Source: an uncultured Methylomirabilota bacterium
Lineage (GTDB): Bacteria > Methylomirabilota > Methylomirabilia > Methylomirabilales > 2-02-FULL-66-22
Length of the DNA stretch: 64,000 nt
Assembly: GCA_963845565.1 (NCBI GenBank)
Contig: CAWJSJ010000002.1
Coordinates: 992,001-1,056,000, forward strand
Direction of reading: 5' to 3'
Below are positions 20,772-30,001 of the stretch, piece by piece. The position numbers and the translations under genes are program-made. Positions within the stretch are counted from its first letter, which is position 1. Each line of letters starts with the position of its first letter. Under the pieces are notes generated by a model. That model worked only from the letters and a program-made list of their open reading frames with translations, had not been told where the DNA came from and did no database searches.

Positions 20772-23702
20772 TCAGAACCGCGCAAGGGTAAAGTCGCTGA
20801 TATCCCACCCCGTCTTGCCCCGGGTGATGAGATCGCTGGTGATGCGCCCCATGATGGGGCCGAGGGTGTACCCGTTGGAGGTCACGGTGTTGTAGAAGCC
20901 GGGGACGCCCGGCATCTCGCCCACGATGGGCGCCCCGTCGATGTTGATGTTCATCGCCGCCCAGGATCGCAGAATGTGCACGCCGTCCAGGGAGGGGACC
21001 ACCCGCCGCGCCACCCAGGCGTTGCCTTCCAGGCTGTCGCGCAGGCAGGTAGGGTATCCGGTGACGGCATCGTACCCTGCGGTCCACGCGCCGCCAAGGA
21101 TGAAATTGCCGTGCTGCATCTGCTTCATCGTCAGGTGGCGGTCGACGTGCGCCAGCAGGTGGTGCACCGCGGGGGCCACCGGTTCGGTCACGATCATCTG
21201 GAGCGGCGCGCCGTGCACCGGCACGGGTGTGCCCACCATGCCCGAGATCTGCGAGGCCCAGGCGCCGGCGGCGTTGACCACGATGCGCGCGCGGTACCAT
21301 CCCCGGGGCGTCTCGATCCGGAATCCCGTGGTCTCGCGGATGACGTTGAGCACCTCGACATTGACCGCAAAGCGCTGCTCGAGGGCGACGGCCCCGCGGT
21401 AGATGCCGTGCGTGCCCTTGAGCGGGTTGATCTTGCCCTCTTCGGGACAAAAGGACGCGCCCAGCATCGTGGGGGAGACCGCGGGGGCGATCCGCTGCAG
21501 CTCCTCCCGGTCGATGACCTCCACGTCGATGCCCATCTCGCGCTCGCGGGCGGCCTTCTCCCGCAGGATGCCCAGCTCGCGCTCGGTCTCGGCCATCATC
21601 AGGCCGCCGACGGTCTTGATCTCGAAGTCGCCCTTCAGCTCTCGCTCCAGCTCCGCCCACATGCGCGCGGATTCCCGCTGGAGCAGGAGCGTCTTCAGGG
21701 CGGGCGTGCCGCCCGATTCGGCCTTGCTGCCGAAGTCGAACGAGAGCAGCTGCACGTGCATGCTGCCGGCGTTGCCGCCGGACGCCTGCCCGTTGACCGG
21801 ACCGCGGTCGAGGATGAGGGCGCGCCTGCCCGCGCGACCCAGCCAGTACGCCGTGCTGCACCCGGCGATGCCGGCGCCGATGATGAGGATCTCCTCGTCC
21901 CCCAGGAAGTCCGATCCCGCCCGGGTGCGCGAGATGGGTTGCAGGGCGGAGCGCCTGTGCCCGCCCCATTCCGGTTTCTCCACGGCAAGGGCGCGCAGCG
22001 GGAGGGGCTTGAGCGGGGGTTGCGGCATGAAGAGCTGGTCGGCCCGGACGGGCACGTGCCGTTCCGTTTCCATCAGGCGGGACAGGCAATCCTGGCAATA
22101 GCGTCCCTGGCACCGACCCATGCCGGCTCGGGTGAGGCGCTTGAGGCTTCCCAGGTCGGTCGCACCCTCGGCGATGGCGGTTCGGAGCGCGCCGAGACTC
22201 ACCTCTTCGCACCGGCAAATATGGGTGTCGTCCGTGGCGACGTGGAGCGGGTCGGGGTCGGCGGCAAAGAGACCGCCCAGGGCGTCCTGGAAGGCCTGGT
22301 GTCGCGCTAACGCCCGGACATCGCGGCCCACCCGCTTCCGGTCGGCCGGAGTCCCCGTGAGCTTCTCGGCCACGCGGATGCCTGCCAGGCGGCCCTGGCA
22401 CGCGGCAACCCGGCCCCCGCCGATGCCACCCGCCTCGCCCACGATGTGCACCGTGGGGAGCGTGCTCTGCCCGTCCGCGCCGCGCTGCGCCCGGAGGGCC
22501 GATCCGCCGCCGGCGGGGGCGGCATGCGCGCAGCCGAGCTGCCGGGCCAACTCGCTGGAAGGGAGGAACCCGTAGCCGAGGCACACGGTGGCGGCCGGGA
22601 TCTCGCGCCCTCGCGTCCGGTCGGGCCGTCCGGCGGCGTCGCACGGGGCGATGCGCACCGCCTGAGGAGCGTCCGTCCCGATCACGCGGGTGATCACGTG
22701 GCCTGCGATGAGCGGCACGCGATGCCGGGCGAGCGTGGCGAGATAGCGCACGCCTTCGGCGGCCAGGTCGGGGCTGTGCCGGACCATGCGCAGGAGATCG
22801 GGCAGCCTCGTGAGGGACACGGCGGACGCCGAGACGACCGCCGAGACTTCGACCCCGGCCTGCACCAGCTGGCTGGCCAGCTGCAAGAGCAGCGGGCCGT
22901 TGCCGCACAAAGCCACGGGCCCATTCGGAACCACGCCATAGCCCCGCAGCAGGCTCGAGGCGCCGCCCACGGTGAGCACGCCGGGGAGGGTCCATCCCGG
23001 CACCGGGAAGGGGGCGTCGTAGGCGCCCGTGGCGATGACCAACTGCTCCGGCTGGAGGTAGAAGACACTCCCCTGGTGCAAGACGGCCAGCTCGAGGATT
23101 CCGTCGGCGCCGCTTCCGCGCCACACGAGGGCCCCGCTCAGGATCTCGCAGCCCAGCGCGCGGGCCCTGGCGATGAGGGTCGCCCCCGTGGCGGCGCGAC
23201 GATCCCGGCGCCCCCGGATCGATTCGGCAGGCTGCTCGTAGTATTGCCCGCCGGGCTCCGGGCGCTCGTCGAGAACGATCACGCGCACGCCGCCCTCGGC
23301 GGCGGCGATGGCCGCCTCCAGCCCGCCGGGGCCGGCGCCCACCACGGCCAGTTGGCAGCGGCGGCGGGGGAGCGGCCCGTCGGGGAGCGGCCCGAGTGGC
23401 GGCAGATCGGACATGGCGGGGAGCCCGTTCGCGGGCCAGCTTCTGACCACCATGCCGTCCGCCACGTGGGTCAGGCAGGCACGGACGGTTCCCATCCCCT
23501 CGACGATGGTCAGGCAATCGAAGCACGCGCCCATGGCGCAGAAGACATGGCGAGGGTGCCCGCCCTGCGTGTGGCGACCGATGCGCAGGCCGGCGGCGAC
23601 GAGGGCCGCGGCCAGCGTATCGCCGCGATGGGCGGTGACGGCCCGTCCGTCAACCTGTAGGGTGACGACCGGGCTGTCCGGGGTGGTGGGGCGGCTTCGC
23701 AT
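20772..23702 (-). CDS. fused 2Fe-2S + FAD/NAD(P) oxidoreductase + BFD-like 2Fe-2S + DAO-family flavoprotein (opine / D-hydroxyproline dehydrogenase-like)
   Basis: CAMGACFDC..AC; VVGAGPGG; CRCEEV..GMGRCQGRYC; second Rossmann motif IIGAGIAG; ASGGNAG; GYTLGP. Confidence 0.85.
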   Translation of the reverse strand: MRSRPTTPDSPVVTLQVDGRAVTAHRGDTLAAALVAAGLRIGRHTQGGHPRHVFCAMGACFDCLTIVEGMGTVRACLTHVADGMVVRSWPANGLPAMSDLPPLGPLPDGPLPRRRCQLAVVGAGPGGLEAAIAAAEGGVRVIVLDERPEPGGQYYEQPAESIRGRRDRRAATGATLIARARALGCEILSGALVWRGSGADGILELAVLHQGSVFYLQPEQLVIATGAYDAPFPVPGWTLPGVLTVGGASSLLRGYGVVPNGPVALCGNGPLLLQLASQLVQAGVEVSAVVSASAVSLTRLPDLLRMVRHSPDLAAEGVRYLATLARHRVPLIAGHVITRVIGTDAPQAVRIAPCDAAGRPDRTRGREIPAATVCLGYGFLPSSELARQLGCAHAAPAGGGSALRAQRGADGQSTLPTVHIVGEAGGIGGGRVAACQGRLAGIRVAEKLTGTPADRKRVGRDVRALARHQAFQDALGGLFAADPDPLHVATDDTHICRCEEVSLGALRTAIAEGATDLGSLKRLTRAGMGRCQGRYCQDCLSRLMETERHVPVRADQLFMPQPPLKPLPLRALAVEKPEWGGHRRSALQPISRTRAGSDFLGDEEILIIGAGIAGCSTAYWLGRAGRRALILDRGPVNGQASGGNAGSMHVQLLSFDFGSKAESGGTPALKTLLLQRESARMWAELERELKGDFEIKTVGGLMMAETERELGILREKAAREREMGIDVEVIDREELQRIAPAVSPTMLGASFCPEEGKINPLKGTHGIYRGAVALEQRFAVNVEVLNVIRETTGFRIETPRGWYRARIVVNAAGAWASQISGMVGTPVPVHGAPLQMIVTEPVAPAVHHLLAHVDRHLTMKQMQHGNFILGGAWTAGYDAVTGYPTCLRDSLEGNAWVARRVVPSLDGVHILRSWAAMNINIDGAPIVGEMPGVPGFYNTVTSNGYTLGPIMGRITSDLITRGKTGWDISDFTLARF

Positions 23703-23718
23703 GTGAACGTCTCGGGCG

Positions 23719-23769
23719 TTAGGAGCCGTTACGAAATAACTTGTCCATTTATTCTTTGACAACGGCTTA
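23719..23769. mobile_element. short hybrid TTA-flanked mini inverted-repeat element, copy 3
   Basis: TTA-GGAGCCGTTACGAAATAA...ATTCTTTGACAACGGC-TTA; the right TTA is the stop codon of the gene ending at 23767. Confidence 0.8.
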
Positions 23770-24933
23770 CGCCGGCCGGTTCAAGCCGAGCAGGTTCTCG
23801 ACCATGCGCAGTTGGATTCGTGCACTGACTGCGAGCTGATCGGCGGGCAGCGACTCGTTGCTCTTGTGGCCTTCGCTGCCTTCGCCGGGACCGAAGTTGA
23901 CGATCTCGATGCCGTCATCGGCAAAGAAGCGGCCGTCGAAGGCCCCCACGGAATCGGCGAAGGACGCGGCCTTGCCGGTCACGGTCTCGATGGCCGCGGA
24001 GAAGGCGGACACGAGCGGCCCGTCCTGGGGCGCCGAGAAGCCGTTGGTGCCGGTCAGTCGGCGGACGGCGAAACTGCCCTCCGGCTCCCCGGCCCCTACA
24101 AGGACGGCTCGAATCTCCTGGAGCGCGGTGTCGATGCTCTCGCGGAGGGGCAACAGGCGGCGGTCAATGGCGGCCACGCAGCTCGACGGCACCACGTTGA
24201 TGTTGGTGCCGCCACGGATGGTACCCACGCTGATGGTGGATTGGAGACCGTCGGCGGTGCGGGCGGATACGACCGGGAAGAGTGTCGTCTCCAGATGGCC
24301 CAGCAGCCGTGCCATGCGCATCACGGCGTTGTCTCCGTTGGCCGGTTGCCCCGCGTGGGCGGCTGTGCCGTGCGCCACCACTTCGATCCAGGTAACGCCG
24401 CGCTCCCGCGTGATCAGACCATTTTCGGTCTGCGCGCCCACCACCAGCATGTCGGGCGCCAGATGCCTCTCCTGGCGCAGGAAGGCGGTCCCGTCCGATC
24501 CCAGCGCTTCTTCGTCCCCCACGAAGGTGAAGGCCACGGAACCCCTGGCCGGTCCTCCCTGTCGAGCGACCTGCTCCGCCACCCACAGATGGGCGGCCGC
24601 CGGCCCCTTGCAGTTGTTGGCCCCGAGGCCGTACACGCGGCCGTCCCGCACGGCGACGGTGAAGGGGTCGCTCTGCCAGGCCGTGCCGCCGTCCACCCCC
24701 ACGGTGTCGATGTGGCAGTTGAAGGCCAGTTGCGGTCTGCCGCGACCCAGGACGGCCACCACGTTGACAATCTTCGGGTCGCGGCTCAGGCGCTCTGCGG
24801 TGTAGCCCCAACCCGAGAGCGTGTCCGCGATATAGGCGCACACCTCTCGGGTGTCGCCCGGGGGATAGACCGAGGGGATCGCCACCAGGCGGGACAAGAA
24901 GCCCATGACCTGTGCAAGCACGGGATCGTTCAT
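23767..24933 (-). CDS. M20/ArgE-DapE family metallohydrolase
   Basis: LVAIPS, NCHIDTV, GDEE, GTAAHAG, GGTNINVVP, FGPG..H..NE. Confidence 0.85.
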   Translation of the reverse strand: MNDPVLAQVMGFLSRLVAIPSVYPPGDTREVCAYIADTLSGWGYTAERLSRDPKIVNVVAVLGRGRPQLAFNCHIDTVGVDGGTAWQSDPFTVAVRDGRVYGLGANNCKGPAAAHLWVAEQVARQGGPARGSVAFTFVGDEEALGSDGTAFLRQERHLAPDMLVVGAQTENGLITRERGVTWIEVVAHGTAAHAGQPANGDNAVMRMARLLGHLETTLFPVVSARTADGLQSTISVGTIRGGTNINVVPSSCVAAIDRRLLPLRESIDTALQEIRAVLVGAGEPEGSFAVRRLTGTNGFSAPQDGPLVSAFSAAIETVTGKAASFADSVGAFDGRFFADDGIEIVNFGPGEGSEGHKSNESLPADQLAVSARIQLRMVENLLGLNRPA

Positions 24934-25000
24934 GTGGCGCATCCTGGTCGGGAGCGCACGGCGGGGGTCGGGCGCTCCGTCGCGCATGGTCGGTGTTCGG

Positions 25001-25888
25001 CTAGAACGCACACGTGAGATTGAACTCCCGCACCAAGGCTTTGGCTTGTTCCTGCATGGGGGCCGGGGAAGCCAGGCGGGGCGGACGGGGGTTGCCCACG
25101 GGCAGGCCCATGGCGTTCAAGAGGGCCTTCGTGCCGCCCACATACCAGATGCCCGCGACAAAACGGATGATGGGCAGGATGCGCATGTAGAGGTCCCACG
25201 CGCCCCGGATGTCTCCGGCCTTGACGAGGGTGTAAATGTCGGCGGTCTCGCGAGGCATCACGTTGGACGCCACGGACACCCAGCCCTTCGCCCCCTCCAG
25301 GAACGATTCGAAGCCCATGATGCCGCCGAACACGGTGAGTTTTCCGCCGGAGAGCAGGGTGATGTCCCGGACGCGGGTCACATCCATGGTGGATTCCTTC
25401 ACGTACCGCACGTTCTCGATCTCGGCCAGGCGCGCGAGCAGGGGCGGAAGCAGGTCGACGTTGGCCGTGGCGGGGTTGTTGTACACCATGATGGGAATGG
25501 AGACGGCGTCGGAGATGGTCTTGTAGTGGTGGTAGAGTTCGTCGTCCGTGGGGGAGGAGTAGTAGGGCGGGATGATCATGAGGCCGTCCGCGCCCAGCGC
25601 TTCGGCCTGGCGGCTCAGCCGAACGGCTTCGCGGGTGTCCTCGGCCGCGGTGCCCATCAGAATGGGGATGCGCCCGGCCGCGGTCTTCACCGCCGTTTCG
25701 GTGATCCCGATCCGTTCCTCTTCGGAAACGGACAGAAACTCCCCGGTGCTGCCGAGAAAGATCAGCCCAGGACTGCCGCTGGCGATTTGCCAGTTGATGT
25801 AATGTTTGAGGCCGGCGTAGTTGATGTCACTGCCGTCCTCGGTGAACGGTGTGACGCAGACCGCATAGGAGCCTTCAAACCGTTTCAT
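25001..25888 (-). CDS. dihydrodipicolinate synthase (DapA) family aldolase/deaminase
   Basis: VTPF, GSTGE, PPYY, YNNP, Schiff-base Lys in YVKES. Confidence 0.9.
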   Translation of the reverse strand: MKRFEGSYAVCVTPFTEDGSDINYAGLKHYINWQIASGSPGLIFLGSTGEFLSVSEEERIGITETAVKTAAGRIPILMGTAAEDTREAVRLSRQAEALGADGLMIIPPYYSSPTDDELYHHYKTISDAVSIPIMVYNNPATANVDLLPPLLARLAEIENVRYVKESTMDVTRVRDITLLSGGKLTVFGGIMGFESFLEGAKGWVSVASNVMPRETADIYTLVKAGDIRGAWDLYMRILPIIRFVAGIWYVGGTKALLNAMGLPVGNPRPPRLASPAPMQEQAKALVREFNLTCAF

Positions 25889-26249
25889 GGGATCGCCCTT
25901 TCCTCGAATCGAAGCCTGATCCGCTCCCGGTCCGGATCCGATGGGGAGAACGAGACGCACGGCGACGAGCACCCTACTACCTTTGCGTCGGCGGAGTCAA
26001 GATGGGAGAAAGAAAAGGGATGCGAAAAAAGGAAGAAAAAGGCCCCGGGCTAGCGATACGGAGTGATGCCGTCGCTGGGCTATCTAAAACCTCGCCATGC
26101 GTGCCCGGTCTCCCGCGGGCGCGGCGAATCGGCGTTGCAGGGTGGATCGGGGTTGGTTCTTTCTTGACAAGCATGGGCGGACCGCGACATCCTCTCGTGC
26201 GCTCTTGCGTGTTGAGGATCGCCGCCGGAAACCACCCCTGGAGGCCGCC

Positions 26250-27311
26250 ATGCGTGCAGCGACTCGCGAGTACCGTTTCGGCATCATCGGATTGGGCATG
26301 ATCTCCCACTTTCACGCCAAGGCCATCCAGGCGATGAAGGGGGCGCGGCTGGTGGCCGTGGCCAGCCGCAGCCAGGCGAAGGCGGACGAGTTCGCCGCGC
26401 AGTACGGGGTCGAGGGGCTCGGGTCGTACCGAGCGCTGATCGAGCGGGACGACATCGACATCGTCACGATCTGCACCCCGTCCGGCGCGCACGTGGAGCC
26501 GGCCGTCCTGGCGGCGCAGCACGGCAAGCACGTCTTGTGCGAGAAGCCGCTGGAGGTCACGCTGCCTCGGCTGGACCGGATGGTCGAGGTCTGCCGCCGG
26601 CACCGGGTGCTCCTGGGCGGGATCTTCCCGTCGCGGACGAGCGAGGTGTACCAGCAGATCAAGCGGGCAGTGGACGCCGGGCGCCTCGGCCGCATCACAC
26701 TGGGTTCGGCTTACGTCAAGTGGTGGCGGACCCAGGCGTATTACGACTCCGCGGCCTGGCGCGGGACGCGGAAGCTGGACGGCGGCGGTTGCCTGATGAA
26801 TCAGGGCATCCACACCATCGACCTGCTCCAGTGGTTCATGGGGCCGGCCGTCGAGGTCCGTGCGTTCACCGCCTGTCTGGCCCACACGCGGATCGAGGTC
26901 GAGGATGTGGCGGCGGCGGCGATCCGATTCAAGAACGGGGCTCTGGGGGTCATCGAGGGGGCGACGAGCGCCTGGCCGGGCCACGCCAAGAAGATCGAGC
27001 TGTGCGGAGACCAGGGCGGCGTGGCCACGCGGGAGGACGATCTGGCCACATGGACGTTCGCGAAGCCCGCCAAGGGGGATACGGCGCTGCTCGCCCGCCT
27101 GGGGGCGCGCGATACGGGCAAGGGGGGCGCGGCGGACCCCAAGGCGATTTCCTTCGTGGGGCACCAGCGCCAGTTCGAGGACTTCGTGGCCGCTCTGCGG
27201 ACCGGCCGCGCCCCGATGGTGGACGGGGCGGAGGGCCGCAAGGCGGTGGAGCTGATTCTGGCCATCTATCGCAGCGCGCGGACCGGAAGGACGGTCCGGC
27301 TGCCGCTGTAG
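26250..27311 (+). CDS. Gfo/Idh/MocA family oxidoreductase
   Basis: GIIGLGMI, ICTPSGAH, HVLCEKP, DGGGCLMNQGIHTID. Confidence 0.92.
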   Translation: MRAATREYRFGIIGLGMISHFHAKAIQAMKGARLVAVASRSQAKADEFAAQYGVEGLGSYRALIERDDIDIVTICTPSGAHVEPAVLAAQHGKHVLCEKPLEVTLPRLDRMVEVCRRHRVLLGGIFPSRTSEVYQQIKRAVDAGRLGRITLGSAYVKWWRTQAYYDSAAWRGTRKLDGGGCLMNQGIHTIDLLQWFMGPAVEVRAFTACLAHTRIEVEDVAAAAIRFKNGALGVIEGATSAWPGHAKKIELCGDQGGVATREDDLATWTFAKPAKGDTALLARLGARDTGKGGAADPKAISFVGHQRQFEDFVAALRTGRAPMVDGAEGRKAVELILAIYRSARTGRTVRLPL

Positions 27312-27364
27312 AGGCCACAGATGGTCGGGCCTCGTGACGTTGGACCCGACAGGAGAAGTGCTAC

Positions 27365-28213
27365 ATGCGATGTGCGGGATTTGCCGATGAAGTGTCCGTG
27401 GACATCGACCAGCAGATTTCGGCCCTTCAGGCCCTTGGCTGGTCCGGGATCGAGATTCGCCTGGTGGGGAAGGGGCGGCATTTCGACGACGTGACAGATT
27501 CGGAGTTCGAGGCCATCCGCGAGAAACTCGATCGGGCCGGCGTCCAGATCGTCGCCTATGGCAGCCAGATCGCGAACTGGTCCCGGAAGATCAGCGCGTC
27601 GTTCGACGCGGACGTGGCCGAGCTTGCGCGGATCATGCCGCGGATGCAGAAGACGGGGACGCAGATCGTCCGGATCATGAGCTACCCCAACGACGGCTGG
27701 ACCGAACGCGATTGGCGCGCGGAAGTCGTCCGCCGCCTGCGGGAGCTGAGCCGGATGGCGGAGGCGAACGGCATCATCCTGGGACACGAGAATTGCGACG
27801 GGTGGGCGGGGAAAGGGCCGGAAGCGACCCTGGCCTGCCTCGCCGACGTCGGAAGCCCGGCCCTGAAGCTGATCTTTGACACCGGCAATCCCGTGACCTA
27901 CGGCCAAGATGTCTGGGCATACTACCAGGCGGTCCGCGAGCACATCGTCCACGTGCACATCAAGGACTACGTCAAGGACACCTCGGCGCCCGGCGGGTAC
28001 CGGGCGGTCTTCCCGGGTCAGGGGAACGGCTGCGTGCGGGACATCGTGGCGGATCTAAAACGGACGGGCTACGACGCCTGGTACAGCATGGAGCCCCACA
28101 TCGTCTCCGTGGTCCACGAAGGCCGCGACGCCTCGGGGAACGAAGACCGAGCCCGCGAGGTGTTTCTGCAATACGGGAAGACGTTCGAAGACCTCTACCG
28201 AAACGCCGGGTAA
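27365..28213 (+). CDS. sugar phosphate isomerase/epimerase (xylose isomerase-like TIM barrel)
   Basis: GFADE, HEN, FDTGN, HVHIKD, SMEPH. Confidence 0.85.
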   Translation: MRCAGFADEVSVDIDQQISALQALGWSGIEIRLVGKGRHFDDVTDSEFEAIREKLDRAGVQIVAYGSQIANWSRKISASFDADVAELARIMPRMQKTGTQIVRIMSYPNDGWTERDWRAEVVRRLRELSRMAEANGIILGHENCDGWAGKGPEATLACLADVGSPALKLIFDTGNPVTYGQDVWAYYQAVREHIVHVHIKDYVKDTSAPGGYRAVFPGQGNGCVRDIVADLKRTGYDAWYSMEPHIVSVVHEGRDASGNEDRAREVFLQYGKTFEDLYRNAG

Positions 28214-28216
28214 CGT

Positions 28217-28310
28217 TTGCCACAACAGGCACAGGCAATTCAGGAATCCAGGGACCATTGAGCGTGTGGCCCTGAGCAATTCTTGTGCGTCTTGTGCTTC
28301 TTGTGGCCAA
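28217..28310. repeat. REP-like inverted repeat with 9-nt sub-units (GCCACAACAGGCACA ... TCTTGTGCGTCTTGTGCTTCTTGTGGC)
   Basis: The arms pair across the intergenic region; three TCTTGTG units. Confidence 0.55.
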
Positions 28311-28375
28311 TCCGGGCCCTGGGATGTCCTAGCAGCTATCGTTTTCGTGGTATCAGGCCAAGAGGAGTCGAGAGT

Positions 28376-29782
28376 ATGAGCAAGACCACGGATGTTCACG
28401 TTGTCGGGACCTGGCTGCATTTCCTGGAGGTGAAGAATCGGATCCCTCTCAAGTTTGGGCCGGAGACGACGACCGAGGTGACGTGCGCCCGGGTCCGGGT
28501 CCGCGTCGCGGACCGGAACGGGCGGACGGCGGAGGGCTGGGGAGAGACACCGCTCAATGTCCAGTGGGTCTGGCCCAGCAGTCTGCCCTACCCCGTGCGC
28601 CATGAGCGGCTGAAGGCCTTCTGTTGCCGCCTCGCGGAGGCCTGGGCTGGGTTTCCCGAGACGGGCCACCCGGTCGAGGTGGGATACGACTTCAAGGAGC
28701 ACCGTCTGGCCGCCCTGCGCGCCGAGGCGGATCGGGCCGCCGCGGGGGGGGAGGCCATGCCGACGCTGGCCGCCCTGGTGTGCTGCTCCCTCTTCGACAT
28801 CGCCCTGCACGACGCCTACGGCCAGCTCCTCGGCCGGCCGGTGTACGAGACGTACACGGCCGAGTACATGAACCGGGATCTGGCGGCCTTCCTCACGCCG
28901 GCGCCCGGAACCCGCGTCTCCTTTGCGGGGAAATACCCGCGCGACTTCCTCGTCGCCGCGCCCCCCGCGCAGGTTCGGGCCTGGCATCTGGTGGGGGGAC
29001 TGGACCTCCTGGATGCCTCGGAGCGGACCGGCGCGGAGCCGGACGACGGCTACCCGGTGGTACTGCCGGACTGGATTCGCCGCGACGGGCTGCGCTGCTT
29101 GAAGATCAAGCTGCGGGGCGTGGATGCCGCCTGGGACTACGAGCGTATCCTGAAGGTCGGCCGGATCGCCATCGCCCACGAGGTGGAGTGGCTCAGCGCC
29201 GACTTCAACTGCACGGTCCGGGAGCCGGAGTACGTCACCAGTCTCCTGGATCGGCTGCGGGACGAGGCGCCGCGGATCTCCGGGATGCTCCTCTATGTGG
29301 AGCAGCCATTCCCCTATGACCTGGAGGCGCACCAGATCGATGTCCACGCCATCTCGGCCCGGAAGCCCCTCTTCCTGGACGAGAGCGCGCACGACTGGCG
29401 GGTCATCCGGCTGGGGCGGGAGCTGGGCTGGTCCGGGGTGGCCCTGAAGACCTGCAAGACCCAGAGCGAGGCGCTGTTGAGCTGCGCCTGGGCCCGGGCG
29501 CACGGCATGACCCTGATGGTCCAGGACCTCAGCAACCCGATGCTGGCCCAGATTCCGCACGTGCTCCTGGCCGCCAATGCCGGCACCATCATGGGGGTGG
29601 AGACCAACGGGATGCAGTTCTACCCGGAGGCCTCCCGGATCGAAGCCGCCATCCACCCCGGCCTGTACGCCCGGCGGAACGGGGTGGTGGATCTCTCGAC
29701 CCTGCGGGGCCCGGGCTTCGGATACCGGCTGGAGGAGATCGCCCGTCCCCTGCCGCCCCCCGCGGCGACGTTCGGCGGCTGA
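28376..29782 (+). CDS. mandelate racemase/muconate lactonizing enzyme (enolase superfamily) protein
   Basis: LKIKL (KxK), ADFN, YVEQP, LDES, ALKTCK. Confidence 0.85.
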   Translation: MSKTTDVHVVGTWLHFLEVKNRIPLKFGPETTTEVTCARVRVRVADRNGRTAEGWGETPLNVQWVWPSSLPYPVRHERLKAFCCRLAEAWAGFPETGHPVEVGYDFKEHRLAALRAEADRAAAGGEAMPTLAALVCCSLFDIALHDAYGQLLGRPVYETYTAEYMNRDLAAFLTPAPGTRVSFAGKYPRDFLVAAPPAQVRAWHLVGGLDLLDASERTGAEPDDGYPVVLPDWIRRDGLRCLKIKLRGVDAAWDYERILKVGRIAIAHEVEWLSADFNCTVREPEYVTSLLDRLRDEAPRISGMLLYVEQPFPYDLEAHQIDVHAISARKPLFLDESAHDWRVIRLGRELGWSGVALKTCKTQSEALLSCAWARAHGMTLMVQDLSNPMLAQIPHVLLAANAGTIMGVETNGMQFYPEASRIEAAIHPGLYARRNGVVDLSTLRGPGFGYRLEEIARPLPPPAATFGG

Positions 29783-29810
29783 GGCGAAAGCGGCGTTCTC
29801 GCGATGCCCG

Positions 29811-29850
29811 AAACACCACGGGGCCCCGATGGGGCCCCGTGGTGTTTTCG
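29811..29850. terminator. bidirectional intrinsic terminator-like hairpin between convergent genes
   Basis: Perfect 17-bp stem AAACACCACGGGGCCCC-GAT-GGGGCCCCGTGGTGTTT. Confidence 0.7.
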
Positions 29851-29875
29851 TGAATAGCCTGCCGCCCGTTTCGCC

Positions 29876-30001
29876 CAGGCTGCTCAAAACGGTCCAGATG
29901 CAAGGCGGCGACTGATCCGGGGCGCGAGGCGTACTTGGTACGTACGCCGCAGCGCCACGGGAGGGAGCCAACGCTGCAGATGGGCCGTTTTGAGCAGCCG
30001 G
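29876..30001. mobile_element. ~125-bp MITE-like element with terminal inverted repeats, copy 2
   Basis: CAGGCTGCTCAAAACGGTCCAGATGC...GCAGATGGGCCGTTTTGAGCAGCCGG; abuts the stop codon at 30002. Confidence 0.75.

Noticed and set aside
19581..22310. Long antisense or alternative-frame ORFs (for example 19581..22310, 38913..41765, 60289..62901)
   Set aside because: These are shadow ORFs typical of high-GC DNA. They overlap well-supported genes and have no recognisable motifs.
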